Shown here: positions 11,948 to 24,206 of the stretch, piece after piece
How positions within the stretch are numbered: the first letter of the stretch is position 1
Layout of the letters: each line of letters starts with the position of its first letter
Assembly: GCA_001244265.2 (NCBI GenBank)
Contig: CDLV01000005.1
Span: forward strand, 2,356,001-2,420,000
Direction of reading: 5' to 3'
Source: Microbotryum violaceum
Taxonomy: Eukaryota
Length of the DNA stretch: 64,000 bases
Position numbers and translations under genes: made by a program
The notes under the pieces: model-generated
Told to the model about the DNA's origin: nothing
Database searches by the model: none
What the model saw: only the letters and a program-made list of their open reading frames with translations

Positions 11948-12350
11948 TGGGTGGCCGAGTTGGAAGAGGCAGGACGCAAGTCATGTCTCGCCTCTTCCCG
12001 AGTCATCAAACCATCCTCGAATTGATGAACTAAGCGTAGAAAGGAGAGACTCGGACCTTCAGAGGGGCGAAGGTCCCAGCGACTCAGGTAACGGCCCGTA
12101 TACAATATGGGTGTATGATATATGGCGCATGTTATGGTGGTCCAGCGGATCTAGCGTTTGTTAGATTCTCTCTTTGAACAAGACTAGCTGGAATGTATGA
12201 CTTAGAAACTTAAAACAGCAAAGAGAGGCAAAGGGGGCGACAGAGACTGAGTGTGCGAGAGTGTGCGGCGCTCGGTCCCGCTCGGCGGCGCTCGGTCCGG
12301 CTTCGTCCGTTCTTGACCCAGCGCCCAGCGCCAGTCACAACAGCCGAGCC

Positions 12351-14822
12351 ATGGACCCGACCACCGGTCTCCCGCTTGCGTTCGGCAAGATTGCACCACA
12401 GAAGAAGCAGGTTGCTGACCGATCCAAGCTTGATGCGACCAAGCGCGTTGACGTGAGTGGTGCACATGTATGAGCTAGCTGTGCGCGGTGACGCGGGACC
12501 AGCGAACTGAGTTCATCACCCGACCTTCACTTCTCCGCAGACGGACGAGCACACACCTACGGCTTCGACTTCCAAGGCCGCTTTGATCGAAGACGACTCG
12601 GACAACGAGCCCCTCGACGATGACGAGCGTGATGATGCACGAGGAGCAAGAGAGGAGCGCAGAGATCAGCGGCGCGACGATGATGAGGATGAGGATGAAC
12701 ACGATCGACGGGACAAATACGTCATCTCCAGTGCACCCGCCATGCCACCACCAGAACCGGTCGGTGACTTACCTGTATCACACGAAGCCATACTCAAGGA
12801 CCACCAGAAGGTAAGCAGTCCACAGCGATTTCCCATTCCGTCCAAGCTGACTTGATCCCCCTCCAATGCATGCCCGATGCACACAGGCCGTCTCAGCGCT
12901 CTCCATGGACCCGGCAGGTGGACGTATTGTTTCAGGCTCTTACGATTACGACGTCAAGCTGTGGGACTTCGCAGGAATGACGGCCGCATTCAAGCCCTTC
13001 CGAAGCTTTGAGCCCAAGACCGGTCACCAGGTGAGTGCTCGCAGTCGCCGCTGCAGGTACCACAAACTGATCTCTGAAGAATTCTTCAACAGGTACACGA
13101 TGTTCAATTTTCTCCTTCGGGTGCAAATCTACTGGTCGCCACAGGCACGAACCAGGCCAAGCTCTACGATCGAGATGGTCTTGAAGTGTAGGTCCAGATT
13201 CGGTGACTGTGCGGTGAGCCTGCTGGGAACCACCGACCGACTTTTAAAACTACGCAGCGCCGAGTTCAACAAGGGAGATATGTACATCCGAGATCTGAGG
13301 CACACAGAGTAAGAGCACTGTTCTACTAGCATCCTCGCGCGCGCCCACGTTACTGACGAGTTCGGTCCGAACCAAATCAGTGGTCACGTCGCGGCACTCA
13401 CCTCCCTCGCGTGGAACCGAGTCAAGCCAACACAATTCGTCACTGCTTCCGAGGACTCGACACTGCGGATATGGGACGTTGCGAACCGCCGAAAGAGCAC
13501 CAACGTCATCGTCGTCAAGAGCAAAGAGCGAGGGGGGCGAAGCAAAGTCACGAGTTGTGCATGGTCACAAGACGGGAAAACGATCGCTGCTTGTACGTTC
13601 CCAGAATCCTATCATCGGAGTGACTGTCCTGCTGATGCGAACATGCTCGACGACAGCTTGCGAGGACGGTGCTTTACACATGTGGGCAGCCAACTCGAAT
13701 TTCGCTCGTCCGAACGCCGTAGGTCATCATTCGCAAGCTACCTCATCTTCGGTCAAGGTGTCCTGATTCGCCCCGCGTGTCATGAATCCATAGAGTTCCG
13801 AGTCGGCCCACACAAAACGTACCACGACATCTTGTGTGCTCTTCTCGTCCGATGGACGCCAGCTCGCTTCGAGGGGCGGCGATGCGACCGTTAAGTTATG
13901 GGACTGTCGACAATTCCGCAAACCGCTCTTCACAGCCACGGACCTACCCTCGGCCAACCCCGAAACGAGTCTTTGCTTCTCACCGGACGAGAAGTACTTA
14001 CTCACGGGTACTTCAGGAGCGCATGCGGGTGTACTCGAAGGTTCTGCCGAACAAGAGCGAGCACGGGAAGCCGGTGCAGGTACGCGAGGCACAGGGGGTA
14101 AAGTCGTCGTCTTGAATCGGGAAGGCTTGACCAACTATAAGACGATCGAGTTGTCCCCCTTTTCCGTCATTCGTGTGCTGTGGCATCCCAAGATCAATCA
14201 GATTGTCACCAGTTCCTCCGATGGCTCGATTCACGTCCTATATTCCCCCGAAACGTCCGTGCGAGGCGCAACGATGGCTTTGTTGAGGGCACCGAGAAAG
14301 AAGGCCGTCGACGATTACTCAAGTGCGGCGGATCTCGTTGGGTCGAGGCCGATAATCGCGCCGCATACGTTGCCTGCGTTCAGGGACGATGGAGCGCATA
14401 TGAGCGCCAATTCGAGAGGTGGGAAGAGGAAGCGAGAGAAGGAACGACAGGATCCCAAGAAGACGATGAAGCCTCGTAAGAATCTCGTGCTCCGGGAACA
14501 GATGAATGATGTCAAGTCTCACTTTGTTGATGCAATCTTTTTTCCCTTCTCTCTTGCAGTGCCACCGGTCGTTGGACCGGGTCGTGGTGGTCGGGTCGGA
14601 GCATCAGCTACGCAACACGTCGTACAAGGCCTCGTTCGCGACAACTTGCGCGAACAGGATCCCCGAGAGGCTTTGCTCAAGTACGCGACCGCTAGCGTGG
14701 AAGAGAACGAATGGACCGCCGCTTGGACCAAGAATCAACCCAAGCCCGTATTTGATCTCAGACCGGACACCGACGATGAGGATGATGACCCCAAAAAGAA
14801 GGGCAAAGCGATGGGCTTCTAG
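12351..14822 (+). CDS. WD40-repeat protein, WDR70/GAD-1-like; multi-exon
   Basis: LPVSHEAILKDHQKAVSALSMDPAGGRIVSGSYDYDVKLWDFAGM, EFNKGDMYIRDLRHT.GHV, LWHPKINQI, C-terminal DPREALLKYA...WTAAWTKNQPKPVF; these match WDR70 family hallmarks. Confidence 0.85.
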
Positions 14823-15077
14823 TGGTTTCGTTGTTGTGAACCAACGGATGTGCAATCATTAAGCCAGATGTCATTTCACATATGTTAAAGCTACGCACCG
14901 GTCGTTAAACAGAGGGTTCCAGAGAAGGAGCACAGCGGATTCAGACAAGTCACAAGAGAGCAGGATACGAAATAATTTCAAGAAAAGTCACATGGGATTG
15001 GAGGAAGAGTTGTCGGTGAGGGGAGTGAGGGGCTGTGTTGAAAAGCAAGATCCTGAGTGGGTTTTCCGAGTAGGTGC

Positions 15078-16576
15078 TTAGCCGACGAGCGGAGCGCGCT
15101 CGTTGTCGCCGAGAGCGATCTGTCCGTCGTTGGCGATGAAGGTGAAGTAGAGCGACTTAAGGATGGCGAGCAATGAGACGATGAACGAGCCGAGGGCGAA
15201 ATAGCGGATCAAGCCGGTTCCGTGCTGGTGATCGTAGATGCCGAACAAGGTCCATGCGACTGTCATAGAGAAGAGGCCATGATACAGATCAATACAAGGC
15301 TACGCCACACACGCCGATTCCAGTTATTGCATATACTCACGAACGGCGGCGCCCGCGACATCACCTCGGCGACTCTTGAACGAGTACGCGACGGCGGTAG
15401 AGGCAAGGAAAGCGGACGAGAGGACGACGAGGACCTTGACGGTCACCGACGGGTGGTGACCGTGTCCACCGTGGGTGAAGGCGGCGAAGCCCGAGATGAA
15501 GATGGTGACGATCGACCACGCGTGCCAGAGGGAGAAGGGCAATTGGACGAAGACCGCATCAAGCGTACCCTGGCTCGGGTAGTGGGCCGCGAGCGAGTAG
15601 TAGATCGTCGAGACGGACGAAGCGACAAAGAGGGAGAAGATGAAGGCGACGATGTAGTGGTGCGTGACGTAGACGTGGGTGAAGATGGCGTTGAGGATGG
15701 CCACGATCGCAAATCGCCATCCGATACCGTTGACGGCGTCTGCCGAAGAGTCGAAGAACTGGTAGATGACGTAGCCGAGCAAGAGAACGTCGATGATGGA
15801 CCTGTAATGGATCGTGCAAGACTTGCGATTAGTTGCGGTTCCGAGCGACTCCGTGTGCTGATCAAAGCACTCGAGATGTTCGACCGTTCCCCTCGCCTGT
15901 GGGTGGGCCACACGGCAATGGATGCAGGTTGCGCAAATTCACCAGGTGTAGAAGACATAGCTGGAGGGAGTGAAATAGGTCTCCTTGCCTCCGTGACCAG
16001 CAGGGCTCATGGCGCCACTGAGAGGTGTGAAGGGACATCACGCGGCGGAAGGAACAAGGTTCAATGTGGGGTAAATAGGGTCACTCGGTCAGCGCTCGAA
16101 TCTGGACGAGTTTGGGTTTAGGCGTTGAGAAGGCGCGGGCGGTGACGGGCACGTGTGCGAGGTGTGAGACTCACTACAGGCCCGTTCCAAAGAGGAAGAT
16201 AAACACGGCGACTGCAAAAGCGAAATGGTTGACAAGATGAGTGTTTATACTGAAGCCTCAAATTTGGTGCAGCATATGTTTGGCTTACCATTGACGAGCT
16301 GCAGACAGTGAAGGTGCAGTGGGCCGAGAACAAAGCATGGGGTCAGCGACGTGCCTTGTCAGCGCGTCCGCGAGCGGCGCTCGTAAGGCTCAGCTTGCAC
16401 ACCGCGGCCGACCGACGGCTCCTCGCACGCCCATGTGACCAATGACCACTCACCTTGACGGGAAGGTTCTCATTCCTGCAGGACGGCACCGATGAAGGAT
16501 ATGGCCAGGTCAGTCGAGTGATATACCCGAGTAGAAAGCTCGCACGCAGGACTCACCATCGGTTGGCGCTGGGCAT
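15078..16576 (-). CDS. Multi-pass membrane protein, TspO/MBR-like fungal family (~7 exons including a 10-nt microexon)
   Basis: Spliced MPSANRWNENLPVKLVNVAVFIFLFGTGLYGAMSPAGHGGKETYFTPSSYVFYTWSIIDVLLLGYVIYQFF...IGWRFAIVAILNAIF...FVQLPFSLWHAWSIV...; several hydrophobic helices. Confidence 0.65.
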
Positions 16577-17477
16577 CTTGGATAAAAGTCTGAGGCGGAG
16601 TGGGTTGAAGTGGGGTGGAACAAGCTGGGCGAGCTGCGAGATGGTGGGGAAGACGATCGGCGGGAAGGGGAATGGGTCGGGTCAGGGATATTGTTGCATG
16701 TCTACAAGTTATCGGGCACTGGGCACTACTCACAAGGTGGATCAGTCTTTTTGAAAACGGTGGCAGAGGGGGGAAAAGAAAGAGAGCAGGAGGGGAGGAC
16801 GAGCAAAGAAATGAGTCGAATACCAAGCTTCGCCCAGCAAAGGTGACGCGAAGCGCGCCTGATGACGTAGGCTCTCGATCGGGATGCCGACGCCGACAGC
16901 TTTTCAGGGGCAGTAGTGTGATGGGGACTTGAATTGGTTGGCTCAAAAATCGGCTCTAGTACAGAACAGGTCACGAAAAGCAGGTGTCTGCATAGAATTG
17001 TCCGATCGACGCCATTGTACCCGGGGTGATACCGCCTTACAGTGACTCCGAGTCCGACAATCGGAAACCGATCGCGCCGACGGGTATCATGTTCAGGCCG
17101 ACGGAAGAGTGATCACGGCGTCCTCCATTCCGGCAAGACAAACCATACAGTGACCGTCGGCGGGGCCCGACTACAAGGCTGGGGTTGGGGCGTTTGAAGA
17201 AAGAAAGGAAAATGAAACAAAAAGGAAGAAAGCGTGAAGGGTTTTCGATTCGGACTCACCATTGCCCGAGCCCGTGACCGCCTGTGGCGCACGTCTTGAA
17301 GCAGACCCAAGAGGGCATGGGCAACGATAACGAGGGTCTCGAGCTCTGATGCACTATATCGCATACTACCTCTGATTACAACACGTAACCTAATATAAAA
17401 AATATGATAGAAATGTAACTCAACTGCAAAAACTTAAGTATTATCGTACACTATCTTCAGCGGACACTTTTCGCTCC

Positions 17478-20177
17478 TCAGAAGGAGGGCGCCGCCTCGG
17501 CCAGTCCGGGCAAGATCAACGGTGTTGTCCCCACCTGCGTCGAGACGTAAGGGATCGAGCGAGACATCCTTCGCCCGTGAGAAGCTGTACCCGTTGTCAT
17601 TCCACTTGCTACGATAGCTCCAAGCGGCCTCGAGGAATATGACGTCGAGCTCGAGCGCTTTAGGTTCGTCGACGATAATGCGGTGGCTACCTCGTAAACG
17701 CTCCCGCAGAGTACGGAGGATGACTGGCTCGTCCTCAGTGGTTTCAATGAGAGGCGTCGAGTGGGAGCAAAAGGGCCGGAAGGTGCGCTCGGCAAACCGC
17801 ACGGGATGGGTGACAATGGAGTCTTGGGCGTAATCGATCCAGAGCGAAAGGTGCCCATCCACTCCGGGGAGGGAGCGGAAGGATTGACGGCCAGAGTCTG
17901 CGTGTGCAGTCTCGGCATAGCGTTAGATTTATAAGAATCCGAACGGGTCAAGTTGGAGAGTCGTTTTCCGCCACAGCTTCCTTCCACCTGCTGCAGCCGA
18001 GCGACAGTGGCTAATGGCTTCAAGGACGACGTTGAGGAATAAGTGCGCAGCGGTCGCAGGTCTGTAGATCCGGACTGTAAATCTTGCATCCCTACGGAGG
18101 CATGGCGTTGGACTTGATGCCTGTAGTCTTGTATCGAGGTACAAGTGTTATTGCCGATTTGATCTTGGGTATCGATCCTGGTACTGGTCGATGAACCGAG
18201 CGACCGATTGCAACGCTCAGAGGGTGACCAAAAATCTTGCTCCGGAGCGCCTGCTAGCTCTTGGTCGCTAAGTCCCAATGGGAGGTTGTGAACGTGCTCT
18301 TTACTATACGCTCCAGAGCTTGGAAGACCGTTGGCACCAAGACCGAGGGTACTATCTGAACCAAGCGCCGTCTGCCACAGCTTTTCCCGACTCGACTGCC
18401 TCTGAAGAAAGAGTGTCGCGGCGGGACTGCAGCTTGTCGACTGCTCGCCATAAGACGACGACGTCGAGCTGCGCGAGCGTAGTGACCTCGACGAGAATAT
18501 TTTGTGGCTTGGTGAGAGGGAGGAGCCATAGTCGAGGGAGAGGTCAAAGTTCTCCTCTTCCTCTGACAAGGTATAGCCGTCCGAATCAGAATCGAAGTGC
18601 TGTGAGCGTGGCTTGCGAATGATCTTGTACGGCTGTGCAAGCATGGAACGAGACTGAATCCCGATCAGTCCGCGTGACCTCGGGGTGATATACCAGAGTA
18701 GATCGTAGATCAATGTAGGCCCTTACCGTGTGAGCCAACCGCCTCTGCTGGGGACTGGTTCCCCTCACCGATTGATTCTGGCGTGCCATTGAGAGTCGCC
18801 GCGTCAACTCCCTCACGCACTCGGCCTGCGTCTCGTCGTCTTCACTGTCGATTGCCATCAGCTCTTTGGCCATCACTCCTGCCCTCCAGGCTGATGCATC
18901 CAAACTCGCGTCGATGTCGATCTCGGACGATTCCCCGCTCGAGTGCGACGCCACATCCGAGACGTCACCCAGCGGTGTTTGCGGTTCTAGCTGCTTTACT
19001 CGCTCCTCTTTGGCGACGATGCACTTCCGAGCCAAGTTCGGAGACGAAGCGCAGGGTCTCACCAAGGGACCACGAACCGACGCATTTGAAGGACTGGCTT
19101 GGGAATCCACAGAGCTGACTCGGGAGCGAGAAGAGGTTTGTCTACCATGCACGGGTGTATCGAACAAATCCTCGACTTCGTCTTCCCTTAAGGAACTCAA
19201 AAGTTTTGGCGTTGGTGGCTCGATCGAGGGCGGTAGAGTAAATGAACAGGATCGAGAGGGTATCTTTTCGCAGGTTATAGACGACAAGGTAGGTGCCGTC
19301 GACGGTCGAGTGATCTTGGACAATGGTCGCTTCGAGGAAGTCAGTACCAGCTGAGGCAACGCAGGCAGCTCCTTTGGTACGGCCTGGGAGATTTTGAGCA
19401 AACATTATCGATTCGAATGAAACAGAAAGCAAGGAATAAAAGAAAACTTACCGGGAGTGGTGATCTGGGTGGGTTGGTCGGCGAAAATTGAGCTGACACG
19501 GGTCGAACATCGACGAGGGAGCTAGTGGAGCCGCGCTTGCTCGTTGGCGAGGAAACGGTGAGAGAGACTCTTTGGGATGCAGTATTGATCGGGTGAACGT
19601 TCTTATTTTCTCCTATTCGAGACGTTGGAGTTGTGGATGACCGCTTCAAAGAGCTGAGGGAGCTCTTAGGACGAGGGACTTGTGAGTGTGACGGCGTGGC
19701 CCCCATCGCCAAGTGTGGGGGCAGGGAGAGAGGGGCCACGCGCTTCGTGGGTGTGTGAGCGCTGTGAGCAGCGGCGGAAGGAGGTGTGGGGAAGGCCAGC
19801 AGGACCGAAGCGATGTCGCTCTTGGAGGAAGAGTTGGAGCGTGGTAATAAAGTTTTCAGAGTCGTTGGAGGAGGCTCGGACATGCGGGTCTTGATACGAG
19901 GTAGCGCTGGCGCACTTATGGATGGGGCCGAGGGCTGTGACGTGCCAGTTGGTTGGGGTGGAAGTAACGGCTGCGGAACAGCTGGGAGGGGCATGTCGAG
20001 GCGTGGATTACGGTGAGGAATCTTGGTGGGTACCGGGGATTGATACCGCAGTGGTGATGCGAACTTTCCTCCCCCACTTGGCGTTGACCTCCCGTAGGAA
20101 GGCAGCGCTGGGATCCCCGATCTCTTCGCAGACGGGTCGCGTTGAGAGCTTGATTGAACCTTGCTACCGTTGAGCAT
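17478..20177 (-). CDS. Large Ser/Pro-rich low-complexity hypothetical protein (~3 exons)
   Basis: Three overlapping long ORFs (19341-20177, 18586-19401, 17478-18713) linked by gtaag donors at ~19451 and ~18726; no recognisable domain. Confidence 0.6.
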
Positions 20178-21166
20178 CGCGTAGTATCAGACCAGTGGCG
20201 ATTTGTACCGAGTAAGTGTGAGTCGGTTCTGGCCCTCACAGACGACAAGGTTATTGAACAGCCGCCTTCACGAAGGCGAAAGACACGGAGAGACAGCGAG
20301 CCTGCCGATCTGTCGTGGGGGTCTCCTGCCCGAGCCGCGCAGCACGGACCCGTCCGCGCTAAGTCCCGCTCAGGAGGCTCTGATTACTTGAGGCACGTTC
20401 TCTGGTTCAGGTCACATTGGGGCCTGTGCGCTTCATGCGCGAGGCGACTGCTGAGAACTTTTCGGAGAACAGCTGAGTCGCACGGCGAACAGCTCCCGAA
20501 ACATTCGTCGTGCCCTCTATACGCAGAGCGGAAGATAGGCCAGTCCACCCGAGTTAAACGTCTTGCGGCGTGCGTACTAATCTACTAATCGGCGCGAGCG
20601 TAGCACATCGAATAGGGGGCCGTCACGTGACCTGATCACTACTCAGTCATTTAATTGGTACGTTGTGACGTGAACGAGCCGAGTATATGGCGATGGGGTC
20701 GATCAACACCCATGTAAATCCCAAGGGACCTGAGCAACAGCGGATGTGGGTATAGCGGTCTGGCGGCGAGAGAGATTTCTAGCTTCAGCGAGGATCAAGC
20801 CAGCTATAGGGCTGCGAAGGACCTGAAGCAGAGCTTAAACTGTGAGGGACCTCGAGAATGGTAAGGAGTGTGATTGGAGTGTGTTATATGAGTTGCTGCT
20901 TGCAGGAAGTAATGATAAACTGGAGTCTGATATATGTGTTGTTTAGTTGCAGGAAGTGAAAAACCTCCAGCCCAGGGCCGGCGACTTTCATAGTAAGAGC
21001 CCTGGAACCTTGCAATACTACAAGTGAGAAATCGCCGATGTCCGGATTACAAGATAGAGTGATGGAGCGAGACGAGCGTTGGGAAGTTTCGGCATGCTGT
21101 CTCGAAGAGGACGGGGCATGGCCGTTGCAGTGGGGTGGCCACTGCCCGCGTAATTTGAGCGGAGCC

Positions 21167-21182
21167 ACGCGACGCGACGCGT
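21167..21182 (+). promoter_or_regulatory. Tandem MCB-like elements (ACGCG x3, ending ACGCGT) upstream of CDC6
   Basis: ACGCGACGCGACGCGT ~255 bp before the CDC6 ATG, with further CGCG cores to 21236. CDC6/cdc18 are MBF targets in yeasts. Confidence 0.55.
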
Positions 21183-21435
21183 CGGTCGAAGTCGCGACGA
21201 ACCGCGGCGCGCACGGTGCACGGATGTCGTCGCGTTACGTTTGAGCTCGTCTTCTCCCTCTCTCTGCAACCCTTCTACACCCTTTCGCCACTTCCGCTTG
21301 CTTTGGTCTGCCGGCGTTCGAAGTCACATACATTTGCTTGTCTTGTACTTCCGGCTTCGGCACCTTTTACGCCGTTGCCGTACTTGCCGTCACTCTGCCG
21401 CTCGATCACCTGCCGGTTCGGCTCTGATCGGCAAG

Positions 21436-23745
21436 ATGCCCTCAATTATAGGCACCCCGACGCGCTCGCCTAACAAACGGAGACGAACGAAATCCAAGGA
21501 AGAGGAATATTCTTCCGTCGAAGAGAGCCCGAGCGCTCAAGAAGTTTGCATGATGCTGCTTGGCACACCGCGTCGCACGCGAACCTCGCCTTCGCAACTC
21601 GTCACACCGATGAAGGCAACGGCCAAGCGACGAAGCCACAGTCCTGTGCTCAAGGAGAACGTGCCCGTGCACAGCGACAGCACTGAATCGCATAGCGATC
21701 AAGACGAACTAATCTTCACTACGTCAAAGGAGATAGTCAAACGTAAGTGCCGGATGCTGCCCGTCGTGTGACCCCTTCGCGACGTCGACGCTTCCGCTGA
21801 CGGTGGCTGCCCTTCTGATCATTGTAGCCGAGGATACACTACCTACACCGCACTCGACACCCACAAAAGATCGCGTCACAGCGCGGCCAATCAAGGACAT
21901 CTACACCCACGCTCTTCAGCTGCTCAGTCCCAGTGGGTCGGCGCTTCCGACCATTCTTGGGCGCGATTCGCAAAGGGCCACCTTGGTCACTTTCCTCGCT
22001 CGACGCTTTCCGCAAGTCTATCGCGATCATCCCACGTCTGCTTCCGATAACGCCATCCCACCAGCCTCGCTCTATGTCTCGGGTCCACCGGGGATCGGCA
22101 AAACGGCTCTGCTCTCCGCCGTCGTCAACGAGTTCTCGGCGCTGGTCGAGCAGCAGGACTTGGAGGACGAGATCAAAGTCCACATGCAGACATGTCAGAC
22201 TTCTGGAGCTACGCAAAGCAGCATCTGGGACAGGCTTGGCCGAGGATTGGGGCTTGACATGTCGCTCGGAACAGGGCACGCTAAGTCCACGAGTAAGCAA
22301 GCTTTCGAACGAGGCCTCGCTCGAGGCGGAAGTTTGTGAGTAGCCTCCGAAACTGGTTGGACACTCTGGACAAGAAGCTAACTAAAACCAATGGTCGCCG
22401 TAGCCTCATCATCCTGGATGAGATTGATCACCTCCACACGGCGTCCGCGAGTGCGAATCTGCTGCAATCACTCGTCACCCTCGCGCACACTCCCAATTCG
22501 TCGTTGACCCTCATCGGCATCGCCAACACGCTCGACCTCATGACTCGGTACGACCTGGCAAGCTCGGCATCGTTGGTGCCGTCGTGGAAAAAGGGTAGGG
22601 GCACGTCGATCGATACGCCGACAATGCAGCAGCTTCATTTCAAGGCGTACAACGCTTCGGAGATCGAGCTCATCCTTCGGCAGCGCCTGTCGATGCTCGC
22701 CGACTCGTACCCGCGGGTACCCGACCTCGCATCCCCACCCGCACCGAGCTCACGAACGACCGTCCCGCTCTTGCACCCGGCAGCGCTCAAACTCTGCGCC
22801 ATGAAAGTCGCAGCCAGGTCCGGTGACATCCGCCAGGCGTTTCGAGTCGTCGAGATGTGCGTTTCGTCCCTGAAGCGAAAGGCACGAGGCTCCCTCGGTG
22901 ACGGTCCGGATGCGCAGACCCTTCTTTCGTCGCATACCCCCGAGACGGCTCCGAAAGCATCGCCATCCGACATCAACCTGTCGCTCAAAGACGTCGGCTT
23001 GTCCGTCTCGGCCGAGCTCGCTTCACAACTGAGCACCTTGCAGAGGAACGCTCGCTTCGTCCTCGTATCGATCTGCATCGCCCTCTCGCGCGAATCGCTA
23101 GCCGGGTTCGAAGCCAAAGCGCTCAATCGCACCGTCAACGTGTCGAGCTGCTACGCCGTCTACCAGGAAATGCTCGAACTAGACGAGGTGTTTCGGCGCA
23201 GCGCGAACCTCAGTCGCGGCGATTGGGTCGACGCGCAAGGTCTCGTCGAAGCCAACGCTTTCGTGCGATCATTCTCGATGCAGGGAGCGGCGAAAGGACG
23301 TAAACCCAAAGGGTCGCCGACTCGAAGATCAGGCACAGACGCTGCGGATCCAATGCTTGGGCTCTCATCGTACGGACTGGACGAAGTCGTCGATGCGCTC
23401 AAGACCGTCCCAGCGGCGGAAGGGATGAGCGCGGGCGTGCTTGAGGATACGTTGCGCATCTCGAAGATGATGTTACATTGGGAGGAGGAACGCGTCTCAA
23501 GGGAGAGGAACAAGAAGATGCTTGAGCAGCAGAGGGACCGCTCGAGGGATCAGAATGCCCCGAGTGAGGGATTCCATGGTCTTGGATTAGAGAAGGGTCC
23601 GGCGTCAGTTGGTGCGGGGAAGAATGGGAGGAAAGCTCAAGGTGCTTCGGGGCTAGGGAAGTGGATTGGCAAGAAGAGGAAGGTCGAAGACGGTGATGAG
23701 GCCGATGGGAATGGACTGGTTGTGGGAGAATCCGAGGAGGAATGA
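21436..23745 (+). CDS. CDC6: Cell division control protein Cdc6/Cdc18, AAA+ ATPase (3 exons)
   Basis: N-terminal S/TP CDK sites, ILGRDSQR, SLYVSGPPGIGKT (Walker A), IILDEIDHL (Walker B), LIGIANTLDL, LHFKAYNASEIELILRQRL, LCAMKVAARSGDIRQAF. Confidence 0.92.
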
Positions 23746-24206
23746 GAAGGAGTGGACTGCGCTTAGGAGTTTTCGCAGAACTTGGATCACTTGCATCAGA
23801 GTTGTGTACATCATGTGTAGCAATCGCATTGCATCGCAGTAATCTCGGGTGTTTATTTTTAAAATTGACACATCCCTCAGCTGTAACCGGGTCTCTATCA
23901 ACGAAGTATGAGGCGACAACGGCTGTGACCCACGTGAGTGAGGGGCAGCATCAGTCACGTGATTCAGCCCTGCTCGAGCAGTGATCGGCCGGTCAGCCTC
24001 ACACCAGCTCACACCCGGCCAGCGTGATATAGCGTGACCAGTCGTGCGCGCGCCTCTTGCGCTGCAACGCTCTGACGCTGTCAACACTGGTGCTCCACAG
24101 AGGCTACAAGAAAACAGCGACCGTCCGTTCAACCACGACGACAGCATAGGTAGCCGCAGCTTACCGAGCCGGGCAGGCCTAGACGTGCACTGCTGCTGGC
24201 GGCGAG

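Noticed and set aside
15222-16121. 299-aa plus-strand ORF
   Set aside because: Antisense shadow of the minus-strand membrane protein gene, caused by GC-rich codon bias.
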